A DNA stretch of 62,980 bases, filler included, from Octopus bimaculoides (lineage: Eukaryota): assembly GCF_001194135.2 (NCBI RefSeq). It is 3 parts of 2 records of this genome, joined end to end, with 100 filler letters (N's around TTAATTAATTAA, not from the genome) between each part and the next. Parts side by side here need not be neighbours in the genome. Positions count along the whole stretch, not along the records: positions 31,763 to 62,980 come from NC_068994.1; 2 more parts are not named here. One strand, written 5' to 3'. The translations under genes were made by a program, and so were the position numbers. The notes under the pieces were generated by a model that was given only the letters and a program-made list of their open reading frames with translations, searched no databases and had not been told where the DNA came from. Below, piece after piece: positions 50,891-62,255 of this stretch. The first letter of the stretch is position 1, and every line of letters begins with the position of its first letter.

Positions 50891-53800
50891 ATGAAATTTG
50901 GAAAATGAAACATACAAACTCTGATGGACAATTCGTACTTGGGCAGACCTGAAAGAAGAACTACTTTTGTAGTCTGTGAATTTCAAAAGTTCAATTTTCA
51001 CAGTACTGCTCTGAGTGAGACCAGAATAGCAAAAGAGGGAAAACTCAAAGAACATGGTCATTATACCTCAGAATCAATGAACGACTTATGACACTGAGGA
51101 TTATGTTTGAGAGAAATCAACATGCCACCATCATCAGCACTTATGCTCCAAATTTGGACACAGAAGACAACATGAAGGAAAACATCTATGCTCAACTCAA
51201 GTACTCTTTTCGACTCCAAAAGAAAACAACATTGTAACTTTAATGTACATGGTAACTTTAATACCAGAGTCAGGACAGATCACAGACTTTGAACCAGAGC
51301 CATCAGAAAAGAAGGAATTGTCAGGGCCAACGCCAACAGGACACTTCTCACCAAGTGTAGTTAGCAATACCTTGTTTCACCACAAAATCAAGTATAAAGC
51401 TTCCTAGACATCTCAGTGCTCAAAACACAGCCATCTGATTGATTATGTCATTATGAGATCCCATGACCATCAAGATGTGCTGAAAACCTAAACCATCACA
51501 GATGAATGTTGGACAGACCATCGACTCCCCTCCTCCTCCATGAAAAGGAATATTTGATGAAAAAGGAAACACTGAAATCAAAATAGCAGCAAGAAATTCA
51601 ATGTTGTAAAACTTCAGGATGCCAAATGCGTGAAATGATTCCAACAAAATTTCAAAGAATATCTACCCCAAAATTCACCACAGACTGTCAAAAAACACTT
51701 GAACCAGCTGAAAGATTCTATCACCACCTGCAAAGAAATGTTTGGTTTCAAGAATAGGAAACATCAAGCTGGTTTCAATGAAAATGATGAATGGCTTCAA
51801 CAACTTATTGATGATGAAAGGAATGCCTTCATTGCTCTCCAATGAAACAGTCTGGCAACAACAAGAAAGAGTACCAAAAATGCAAAGATGCCATTGAAAG
51901 AGTCACTCAATGCCTAAAAATCAATGGTGGAGTGAAAAAGCTCATGAAATTCAACAACGAGCTGATGCCACTGATACATGGGGCTTCTTCAATGCAACTA
52001 AGGACATATTTGGTCCTTCAGTGCATGGTTGAGCCCCTCTCAAAAGCAAAGATGGTAACAGTGTCTTCAAATCCAGTGTTACTATTAGTTACAGGTGGAA
52101 AGAACACTTTGAGGACAACATCTCAAAATAACCAGAGGAACATTCCCTAAGCAAATCCCCAATCCTAGATGAGGTCAGAGAAGCCATCAAAGACTTACAA
52201 AGCTGTTGAACCTCTTGGAATACCAGCTGAGGCCTTCAAGTCAGGAGAGAATTGATTCATTACCAACTTCTGACCAAAATTTGAGTAAATAATGAAATCC
52301 CATCTGATCTCAGAGATTTAACCATTGTTACCATCTATAAGAAAGGGAATCATTCACACAGTAGAAACTATCAGGAAATTTTTGTTATCAACTGTAGGAA
52401 AGATCCTGGCCCATAGTTTGAAACCAGTTGAAGAGAATATCCTTCAGAGATGCAAGCTAAAGCTGAATTCAGAGCATCATGTGGAATAACAGATATAATT
52501 TTCATCTTGCAACAACTGCAAGACAAATGTTGTGAACAACTTCAACTTTTGTACATGGCATTTATTGATCTTACTAAGGCCTTTGATTCAGTTTCAAGAG
52601 AATTCTTGTGGGACATCTACAGATGCCTTGATAAATACATTTAGATCCTGCAGCTGCCCTATGATGACATGTATGCAAGAGTCCTAGTCAACAGCAGTAA
52701 CACTGAACCATTTCCCAGTAATATCATGAATAAAATTCCGCCAAGGTTCGCTTGGCCTTTCATCCTTTCAGGGTTGATAAATTAAGAACCAGTTGCGTAC
52801 TGGGGTCGATCTAATTGATCGACAAAATTTTGGGCCTTGTACCTAGAGTAGAAAAGAATATCAGGAATAAAACAAGACTGTTTCATAGCTCTCACACTTT
52901 TCACCATTTTCATTGTCACCACCATTGAAATCATCAAGGGTGATCTCCCACCAGGAATTGAAATTATTGATCAGACCAAAGGCAAGTTTTTCAATCTTAC
53001 CTGATTGAGATCCAAAAGCACAATCTGGACATGCACTATCATTGAGTTTCAATATATTGATGACAACAGCATTGCAGCATTATCTGAAGAAAATGTTACA
53101 GACCTTCAATGCCTTCTATCAAGAAAACTGGGACTCACCATCAATTGTAAGAAAACACAAGTCATCTTCCAACTATCACCACTTGAGGCAAACTGTGCCT
53201 CCAAACAGTCTAAGAAAATGGGAATCATTTTCCGTATCTGGGAAGTTGTCACTGTTCCAATGCTAACATCAATGACAAAAATCTAGCATTGTATCAAAGT
53301 GCTGTTGCTGCCATTGGCTGTCTCCAAACAAGTGTTCCAAGATCGAGACATTTGAACTGACAAAAAGGATGGTGCACAAGGCAGTGGTCATCTTCTTGGA
53401 TGTGTATAGACACATCCAAGACCAGGACTACATACAGAAGACACATAAAAGCTCTTGAAAGATACTACCAATGCTGCCTTTGAAGTATTCTTAAGAGGGG
53501 CAAACATCAGTGTGTGGAAAGAAGCCAACATTGAAGCTATCATCATCCAGAAACAGCTGAGATGGACTGGTCGTGTTGTCCGGATGAAAATCAACTGTCT
53601 ACCGAAACAGCTTCTCAACTCCCAACTAAAATAACGAAGACAAAGAAGAAGAGGGCAAAAGAAAAGATTCAAAGATATACTGAAAGGCAATTTCAAGAAA
53701 TGTAATACTGACATCAAGAACTGGGAGAAAAATGCTCAGGATTGAAAACATTGGAAATCCATCATCAGAGAGGGGCAAACAACTTTTGAGACCAATAGAA

Positions 53801-54010
53801 CTATCAAACAAGAAAAAAGAGGAGGTGCAAAAAAGATAGACAAGAACAACCAAGAAGGGACCTATCTTGAATCACCTGTCCCACTTATGGAAGGAAGAAT
53901 TTCTGAGTAAGAATTGGACTCATCAGTCACCAAAGAATCCATTATTAACTATAAAGAAAAACAAAGACCATCGACCTTGACCTCAAGAGATAGCCACTAT
54001 GATGATGACT
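50891..54010 (+). mobile_element. Near full-length RTE (BovB-like) LINE, heavily decayed
   Basis: MKFGK*NIQTLMDN and ALSETR (APE); AFIDLTKAFDSV; YIDD; QLRWTGRVVRM...LPKQ; RFKD; ends with an ATGATGATGA tail. Confidence 0.85.
52736..52856 (+). mobile_element. 5'-truncated family A SINE inside the RTE RT motif
   Basis: 16-bp TSD AATATCA(T/G)GAATAAAA at 52720-35 and 52857-72. Removing it restores a VISGIKQDC-like motif. Confidence 0.85.
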
Positions 54011-54660
54011 GTGGTGTGCACAGCTGTAAGACCCAAGCGGGTCGATTTCCTCTTGGCTCATGTGTCTTTAGGTGGTTGACAAACACAGCCCTTGGGAGGA
54101 GACATTGTCCACTCACATTGCCTTTCAATTCCTGTTGGCTTTCTTCAGTTACTGCATGTGAATCCCGCTTGCAGAGTGATTGCTTAGAAGCAGTGTGTTC
54201 CATTCGCTTTTGTTCAAAGATGCTACACCTGTACTTGGTAATCTGTATCCAACAAAGCCAACAAAGTCTCCCAGATATCTTTCAGCCAACAAAGTCTCCT
54301 AGATATCTATATCGATCTCCAGAACTTTAAGGTTGCCTTTTAAAACACCCTGCTTTCTAGATTTGTGCTGAGGACTTTCCATCTGGTCAGCTCCTGATAA
54401 AATATCTGTTTAGGCAGCCTGCCATTTTCCATTCTATTAACATGAGCAGCCCAGCACATCTGGTTCAAAATTATTCTTTTTCTCAATTCTGATGCAGCCA
54501 GTATTCTCAAGTTCAGCAAAATCAAGAGTGTAAGATTATTTTATGTTGGACGCACCAGATACAATGCTGATGAAACCTTTCCAACTGCTTGATAAGATGC
54601 CTATAAATTGTCCACTTTTCACACCCATAGAGCAGGGCTATAAGTACACAGATATCTAAA
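54010..54660 (-). mobile_element. RTE LINE 3' fragment, tail-to-tail with the previous copy
   Basis: LLYGCEKWTIYRHLIKQLERFHQ, QMCWAAHVNRMENGRLPKQIFY, and a C-terminal C...NHLKTH finger remnant. Confidence 0.7.
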
Positions 54661-55974
54661 TAATATAAACTTCTGGCAGGATTAAACATCATCAGCAGCA
54701 GCATCATCGTTTTCTGAGCTTGTCCAGTGGTTGACCTCCCTGATGGCAACTCTCACACGTTTCCAAGCAAGGTAACAATTTCTCCATGGTTAGATATGTT
54801 TTTCATGAAAGACTGGAAGTAACTATCATCACTTGTATTCTACCAATGCTCATTTATAGCTATCACATGATATCAAGACAAGGCATGTACACACACACAC
54901 ACACATGCACGCACGCGCACATACACACACATGAATGGCTTTTTTCAGCTTCTGCCTGCCAAATCTACTTACAAGGTTTTGGTAAACTTAGGACAGTAGC
55001 AGAAAATACTTGTTGCACAGTGCCACACAGTGGAACTGAACTACATGGTTGAAAAGCTGCCCAACCACAACTGTGTCCAAAAAGTTAAAAAACTCTTACA
55101 CAACATGCTGCTTAATTTTACATAGAAATGGTTCTTTGGACGATTCATGTTGATCTTCCAAATCTCAGAGGTTCATTGCAAAAGTCACGGACACAACTCC
55201 TTCCTTCCTTCCTTCAGAACAATTCAAAATACACAAAAAGAAACAAACAAAAAATAATTTGTGCTCAACAAGGCCAAATGGTTCTTGCTTAACTCTTCTC
55301 TAATATTTCCTATATTTTTGACACTATGTCATATTTAGTATTTCAAAACAAATAGAGGTGGGCAAAAATGGTAACTGGGGCAAAATGTGTAATTTCTGAT
55401 TTCTTGTTATTTTCTCACTACCTGTTACTTTGCAAGTATTGCATCATCATTTTATACTGTGGCATCATCTTTAGGAGTAAAAACTGGTTAGCACAGTTGT
55501 TGTTGCTGCTAAAGTTGAGAGAGCCTGGAACATTGTCAGGTGACAGGTATTTTTTTTCAAGAAATTTTTCTTAAACTTTGACCCGATTCTAATTGCAGTT
55601 GCTAATAAAATATCTAAATAATTTTTTGTGTTTAACAATCAATATTCATTTCTCTGTTGGATTTCAAATCAATTTTTTCCTCACTCTAATATCTAACTTG
55701 ATAATTTTCAATTTTCAAAAAATGTTGTCTAAATTGGAGCAAAATGAGTAATTCAAAACTTCAATAATTTCTTCTCTTTAACTGCATAGAACAGACGCCA
55801 GCAACCTTCTGATAATGGAGTGCCAAACCTAGCTTACAAAAGCATTGCGCATGCCAACCTCATATTACTACTTTTATTAGTAGAGTTTATGCTTTTGAAA
55901 CTCACGATAACAGAAATGTATTTTATTAATCCTTTAATGATTCAAATTGCATGGAAAAAATACAATCTTTTATT

Positions 55975-56165
55975 TTTTTACTTGTTTCAGTCATTTGACT
56001 GCGGCCGGCCATGCAGGAGCACCGCCTTTAGTGGAACAAATCGACTCCAGGACTTATTCTTTGTAAGTCTGGTACTTATTCTATCGGTCTCATTTGCCGA
56101 ACCGCTCGGTTATGGAGATGCAGACACACCAACATCGGTTGTCAAGCGGTGATGTGGGGACAAAC

Positions 56166-56206
<41 letters not shown>

Positions 56207-56280
56207 ACAGGTTTCTTTCAGTTTCTGTCTACCAAATCCACTCACAAGGCTTTGGTTGGCCTTAGGCTATAGTAGAAGAT
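55975..56280 (-). mobile_element. Family B SINE with the 5' head replaced by an RTE 3' fragment
   Basis: 3' segment, microsatellite and part of the 5' segment. Confidence 0.8.
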
Positions 56281-56286
56281 ATATAT

Positions 56287-56475
56287 ATGCCAGTGGCATG
56301 TAAAAGCACCCATTACACTCTTGGAGTGGTAGGCATTAGGAAGGGAATCCAGCTGTAGAACCCATGCCAAATCAGACTGGAGTCTGGTGCAGCACCTCAG
56401 CTTGCCAACCCTGGTCAAACCATCCAACCCATGTCATCATAGACAATGGACATTAAATGATGATAATGATGACAA
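56287..56475 (+). mobile_element. RTE LINE 3' terminal fragment
   Basis: Homologous to the reverse complement of 45977-46170; ends in TGATGATAATGATGA. Confidence 0.75.
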
Positions 56476-56582
56476 TGTCCTGTTGAAGCTGACATTTGCC
56501 TTTCAAGTGTGAGGGAGAAGAAAAGCGAATCAAACGCTTGCACACACACACACACATACATGTATACATATACATACATATC

Positions 56583-56968
56583 CTTTTATTTGTTTCAGTC
56601 ATTTGACTGCGGCCATGCTGGAGCACCACCTTTAGTTGAACAAATCGACTCCATGACTTATTCTTTATAATCCTAGAACTTATTCTATCGGTCTCTTTTG
56701 CTGAACTGCTAAATTATGGGGACATAAACACATCAACATCGGTTGTCAAGCAATGGTGGTAGGGACAAACACAGACACACAAACATATATATATATATAT
56801 ACAATGGGCTTTTTTCAGTTTCCATCTACCAAATCCACTCACAAGGCTTTGGTCAGCCCAAGGCTATAGTAGAAGACACTTGCCCAAGGTGCTATGCAGT
56901 GGAACTGAACTCAGAATCATAGGGTTGGTAAGCAAACTACTTATCACACAGCCACTCCTGTGCCTATA
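56583..56968 (-). mobile_element. Family B SINE, full length, CpG-depleted
   Basis: Colinear with 3822-4240. Confidence 0.9.
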
Positions 56969-57051
56969 TATATATATATATATATCAATTAAATATAAGG
57001 ATAAAATCTATACAGGATTTTATCAAGTAGTCAACATGTAAAACCAATTAT

Positions 57052-57533
57052 CCCTTTTGATACCAACATGGCTGAAACCTCCTCTGGCTTTGTAATACAA
57101 ATGTCCTGTTTTCAGAAGTTTTGAATTAAAATCTTCCACCAAACCTTAGTCACAATTTGGTTAAACTAAAGCGTTTGACCTGAGCAAAAAATAGTGTAAT
57201 AGGTGTAAAACAACTGGCTCTAAACAAATATGAAAAAAGAAATGTGCGCTCGCGAAAGGGGGTGGAGGAGAGGACTCTCTCGGAAAATTCACATCGTGAA
57301 TGTTCCGAGTCGCCTCACCAGAGCCAAGAAACAAAAGAAAAATAGTGTAACAGGTGTAAAACAACTTGTTCTAAAACAACTTTGCTTGGGTCAAATGCTT
57401 TAGTTTAACCCACAATTTATGTTCCTAACACAAGCTTAATGATAACTAAGTTATTTTAATAAATTCTTTGTTATATTTAAAATTAATTGAAAGAAATACA
57501 GAGCATCTTAAAATAAATACGATAATGAAACGG
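57052..57533. mobile_element. piggyBac-like MITE, degenerate, TTAT-flanked, interrupted
   Basis: TTAT|CCCTTTTGATACC ... ATAATGAAACGG|TTAT; the TIR match is imperfect. Confidence 0.5.
57159..57410. mobile_element. Merlin-type MITE without telomeric repeats
   Basis: TIRs GGTTAAACTAAAGCGTTTGACCTGAGCAAA / TTTGCTTGGGTCAAATGCTTTAGTTTAACC; perfect 8-bp TSD CACAATTT (57151-58, 57411-18). Confidence 0.85.
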
Positions 57534-57799
57534 TTATGGTAAAAAATTAATACCAAAGTATATAATTTTATAAAATACATTATTACATTAAGGGCTGCTA
57601 CTATAAGTAATGCCACATGCTGGAAAGGGATGCTAAAGTCAAACTATTTTATCAAATATACACACACGCTGAAGTTAAGGGAATGAACAAAGAAAAATTT
57701 CTTTTAAAAGGTTCAGTTGCATATCAAAACAATTTCATGGTCAGCGCTGTAACACGCTCTCCATTCGTCAGTGCAAACATAACCAGAAATATATAAATA

Positions 57800-59899
57800 C
57801 TAGTAGTATAATTCGACGTTGTCTGGGTGTGACTTATTACGCCATCTACAAATAAGTCTTGCTACGTGAAAATCAACTAAAAAAGAAAACCTTACAACGA
57901 AAAAACACTTATGATGTAAATATGTTCATAATTCAAAAGACGATGAAATTAATAGGGAAAGTCTGAAGGCTGTTTTGTGTAACATTATTAAGTGTATGTA
58001 AATTTCATCCGTCTAATTGGCTACAGAAATGCTTGTGCAAAACAACTTTTTGCGCTGCCCTGATTATACATAGCAGGGTAATCCCTTTTAGCAGGAGCTA
58101 GGACAGCAATTTCTGATGAAGCAATTGCTGGCGATCTGTTGCTACACAGTTTTGCCAGAATTCTATCAGATTGGGCAGTAGATGATGATGCACCATTTTG
58201 CATTATGTTCAAAGTAGCTTCTGGAATGTGGTGAATTGCTGCAGTCTGTTGCTGTCTTTTTAAACCGGTTGCTTTCTTTCCCCAGCAAACTCTCTTCTTT
58301 GGAGGCATAAATCTATGTATATATTAAACAGAACAACAAAAGTTATAACAGATGACAGGGTAGGTACTTTTCACATTTCTAATGAAGTTCACTGATTTGC
58401 AATGTGCTGTCCTGTCTACATAAGCTCTGTAGTTTGTATACTTACAAAATATTGATGAACATGTAGTAAGGTAAGATCTAGTTATATTGTAATGGATGCT
58501 TGTGTGTATGTGCACGTGTGTGCATTTGAGAGAGCGAGAGAGAGGGGGGAGAAAGGAATAGAGAACGGGAGCAATGAAGAGAGAGAAAGAGAGGAAGGGA
58601 GAACGGAAGACAGTTATAAAATAGGTATGCATGCGCATGTTTATATGAGAAACACACACAAACTAAATCTTATATCTATAATGTTGATGTGTGTATGTTG
58701 TTGTCACAGATCACATATGTGTGGTTGTGTGTGTTTTTACGTTTCTATGTTATGAAAAATATGTAAAAAATACTAAGAGGAGACAAGGACGCTGAACATG
58801 CAGACAGACAATGTAACGAAAATATGAACGAATGAAATGGGGTATTCCTTATTCAGTCTAGTTACAAATTATCATTGCAACTTTGGCAAAAGGAAGCTAA
58901 GAACCCCAGATTCCTTGGAAGAAAGAACCGAATGTAAACAGAAAGAAGGATGTATAACAACAGAGAACAGATACATATAAAATGCAGGATATCAGCAGCA
59001 GGTGTATTTTNNNNNNNNNNNNNNNNNNNNNNNNNNNNNNNNNNNNNNNNNNNNNNNNNNNNNNNNNNNNNNNNNNNNNNNNNNNNNNNNNNNNNNNNNN
59101 NNNNNNNNNNNNNNNNNNNNNNNNNNNNNNNNNNNNNNNNNNNNNNNNNNNNNNNNNNNNNNNNNNNNNNNNNNNNNNNNNNNNNNNNNNNNNNNNNNNN
59201 NNNNNNNNNNNNNNNNNNNNNNNNNNNNNNNNNNNNNNNNNNNNNNNNNNNNNNNNNNNNNNNNNNNNNNNNNNNNNNNNNNNNNNNNNNNNNNNNNNNN
59301 NNNNNNNNNNNNNNNNNNNNNNNNNNNNNNNNNNNNNNNNNNNNNNNNNNNNNNNNNNNNNNNNNNNNNNNNNNNNNNNNNNNNNNNNNNNNNNNNNNNN
59401 NNNNNNNNNNNNNNNNNNNNNNNNNNNNNNNNNNNNNNNNNNNNNNNNNNNNNNNNNNNNNNNNNNNNNNNNNNNNNNNNNNNNNNNNNNNNNNNNNNNN
59501 NNNNNNNNNNNNNNNNNNNNNNNNNNNNNNNNNNNNNNNNNNNNNNNNAAGAATAGTCTTAAACCAAGTTAATCTATGACTTTGTATGTTTCATTTTTTC
59601 TCTCTCCCTCTTTTACTCTTACTGTCTATATTATATGTTGAGAGTATGATTGATGCGTAAGAATGAAGGGCAGATAAAATGGAAGAAATATAAAAGTTGC
59701 TAGAAACAAAAGCCAAATCTCCCTTGAATCGCACAAAGTAAACAGAATTTAAAAAATCTAATTACTGCACTGGAAAGTTCACATCGAGAAAATTCCATCC
59801 ATGTAAAAATTTTCATGAAAAAGTGGAAAATGTGGATTTCTATAAACTTTAAAAAAGGCTTCACACAGACACACAACTTCAACTTTATATATATATAGA
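57800..59899 (-). mobile_element. Non-autonomous Helitron
   Basis: On the - strand, A|TCTATATATATATAAAGTTG at 59899 and a decayed hairpin CCCAGACAACGTCGAA followed by CTAG|T at 57800. No TSD. Host arm sequence is contiguous once the element is removed. Confidence 0.8.
58021..58308 (-). CDS. Possible 95-codon ORF/exon inside the Helitron (MPPKKR...), function unknown
   Basis: Open frame in non-repetitive sequence, in the same orientation as the Helitron. An AG acceptor-like site lies 4 nt upstream of the ATG (58313-14). No recognisable domain. Confidence 0.25.
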   Translation of the reverse strand: MPPKKRVCWGKKATGLKRQQQTAAIHHIPEATLNIMQNGASSSTAQSDRILAKLCSNRSPAIASSEIAVLAPAKRDYPAMYNQGSAKSCFAQAFL

Positions 59900-60274
59900 T
59901 AAACACTCATACATCCCATATGAACAGAACGTATTCACAGAGCATATACAAATGTTCACACTTATATATCCATATGTTCATCTCAGCACTGACGAATGGA
60001 GAGCCTGTTACAGCGCTGATTAAACTGGAATATATTTAGTGCTGAATTATTTTGGTTATACACAAGTGAGATGAACAAAATAGTAATTTTTTTCATGGAT
60101 ATATAAGTGAGAACATTTGTATATACTCTGTGGATACATTGTGTTCGCATGGTATGTATAAGTGTTTATATTTATATATTTTTGGTTATGTTTGTACTGT
60201 TGACTGGAGAGCCTGTTACAGTGCTGACCATGAAATCGTTTCGATATGCAACTGAACCTTTGAAAAGAACTTTT

Positions 60275-61289
60275 GGATCTTTGTGATTTGACGGCCAACA
60301 CTTGTTTTCTTAACGAAACACTTTCAAACTTGGGACACTGGTAGAATGTGTCATATAAAACAACTTCTTCTCTTAACCTTCTTAACAAAAAATTATACAT
60401 GGCAAGTTATTTCATGTTAAAGTTGTCGTATTTCTGTAATTTCAACCAATCACTGACGTCTATTCAGCTGAATACAGTTAGTGCTGTTCGGTGTCAAGTG
60501 TGTTATTCCCTGTTTAATTATATCATTATTCCCTAGTAAGGATTTAGGGTTTTAGGGTTAGGGTTGGGGTTTTAGGGTTAGGGTTTTAGGGTTAGGGTTG
60601 GGGTTAGNNNNNNNNNNNNNNNNNNNNNNNNNNNNNNNNNNNNNNNNNNNNNNNNNNNNNNNNNNNNNNNNNNNNNNNNNNNNNNNNNNNNNNNNNNNNN
60701 NNNNNNNNNNNNNNNNNNNNNNNNNNNNNNNNNNNNNNNNNNNNNNNNNNNNNNNNNNNNNNNNNNNNNNNNNNNNNNNNNNNNNNNNNNNNNNNNNNNN
60801 NNNNNNNNNNNNNNNNNNNNNNNNNNNNNNNNNNNNNNNNNNNNNNNNNNNNNNNNNNNNNNNNNNNNNNNNNNNNNNNNNNNNNNNNNNNNNNNNNNNN
60901 NNNNNNNNNNNNNNNNNNNNNNNNNNNNNNNNNNNNNNNNNNNNNNNNNNNNNNNNNNNNNNNNAGTAACAAACGAAATATATACCACTGATAGTTGTTG
61001 TTGACAACGGATAGTTTTTGTTGACAAACAACGGCACTAACTTTATTCAAGGGAAAAAATTCCGTAACACCGTTGTTTACATTCCCCGGCGTAATTGTTT
61101 TCACCTCAATAGACGTCAGTGATTGGTTGAAATTACCGAAATACGACAATTTTTTACATGGAATAACTTAGAATACAAAATTTTTTATCTGTTCTATAAC
61201 ACAAAATATACAAGTATTCGAAGTTTGAAAGTGTTTCGGTACCAAAAACACTACATAAAAAAATGTTGCCCGTCAAATCACAAAGATCC
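60275..61289. mobile_element. Merlin-type non-autonomous element with internal telomere-like array (T3)
   Basis: GGATC...GATCC termini, terminal 26 bp matching 25/26, imperfect TIRs of about 190 bp, and a perfect 8-bp TSD GAACTTTT (60267-74, 61290-97). TTAGGG/TTTTAGGG/TTGGGG array 60543-60607 runs into a gap. Confidence 0.88.
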
Positions 61290-62003
61290 GAACTTTTTCT
61301 TTGTTCAGCGCGTGTGTATATTTGATAATGTAGCTTGAGTTTAGTGCCACTTTCCAGCGTGTGGCTTTACTTATAGTAACAGCCCTTAATGTAATGATAT
61401 ATATATACGCACACACATAAAGCTGAACATGCTCGTGCACACACACACCCATTATCTTTCATATACACATACATACGTAAATACATACATTTTTTCGCAT
61501 GTATGAATGTGTACGCGTGTGTGTACTTCACTATTCAACTCATAGACATGAATGTCAATGGGTGTATGCGTGCATATAATATATGTATTTGCCTATCTTT
61601 GTAAGTCTAAATGTGAAGATGTAAACGGTAAAACAAAATATTTAAACGAATAAACTATGTCTACAGTAAACAAGAATGATGGGACTATTTAAATTCCTAT
61701 CAGATGAGTTCATTTATATTTTTAAACTTAGCTTACTACTATCATAGGCAAATATTATCTTTTACTTAACCAATAGATGTTTATTCGTTTCGGGATCTTT
61801 AAAATAATGGTCAACAACTGCTACTCTTTATAATTACTTCTGATTTGTTACGAAAACGTAAAGATGATCAACGTAAGACTTTACAATTTCGCATTTATAT
61901 TATAATATTTATATTACAAATTTATAGTCCTTATTATATTTAGGTAATCATCCAAGTTTCATGTGTTTAAACAAGTAAATAAAAATTAAAGGGGAAATAA
62001 CAA

Positions 62004-62255
62004 CTAAATGACGGCATGTACACTCACGAAGTGATTGTGCATCAGAACTTTGTAGATTCCACAAATAAGGACGTTCATACGCAAAATATGGAGAATATGT
62101 GGATACGGGTGAAAGAAAATTACGACGTCAATTTGGAACGTCAGACAATTTATTCGTGTCGTATTTACACGAATTCATATGAAGGAATTCTGTGCCAAAA
62201 AACAAAAAAAGACTTCCGTTCACTTTTTGGTGGCTATAGTGTAACAGTAAGTTGA
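62004..62255 (+). pseudogene. Merlin (IS1016/IS1595-related DDE) transposase C-terminal remnant
   Basis: LNDGMYTHEVIVHQNFVDSTNKDVHTQNMENMWIRVK, then after a 1-nt frameshift RKLRRQFGTSDNLFVSYLHEFI*RN. This matches the H..V.H...FVD...HTQ.IE..W...K...YL.EF.WR motif set; the W codon is now a TGA stop at 62180-82. Confidence 0.85.

Larger units (their letters stand above)
57578..61399. mobile_element. Long-armed foldback element hosting a Helitron and a Merlin
   Basis: Left arm 57578-57799 plus 59900-59985 is the reverse complement of right arm 60068-60274 plus 61298-61399 (about 80% identical); TA at both outer ends. Confidence 0.8.

Noticed and set aside
45977-54010. Active LINE or PLE copies
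   Set aside because: All have in-frame stops, frameshifts, truncations or SINE insertions.
57588-61389. Kolobok assignment for the foldback host (TTAA|GGG...CCC|TTAA)
   Set aside because: The inverted homology continues about 10 bp outside the TTAA, so TTAA is internal to the TIR; the superfamily is left unassigned.
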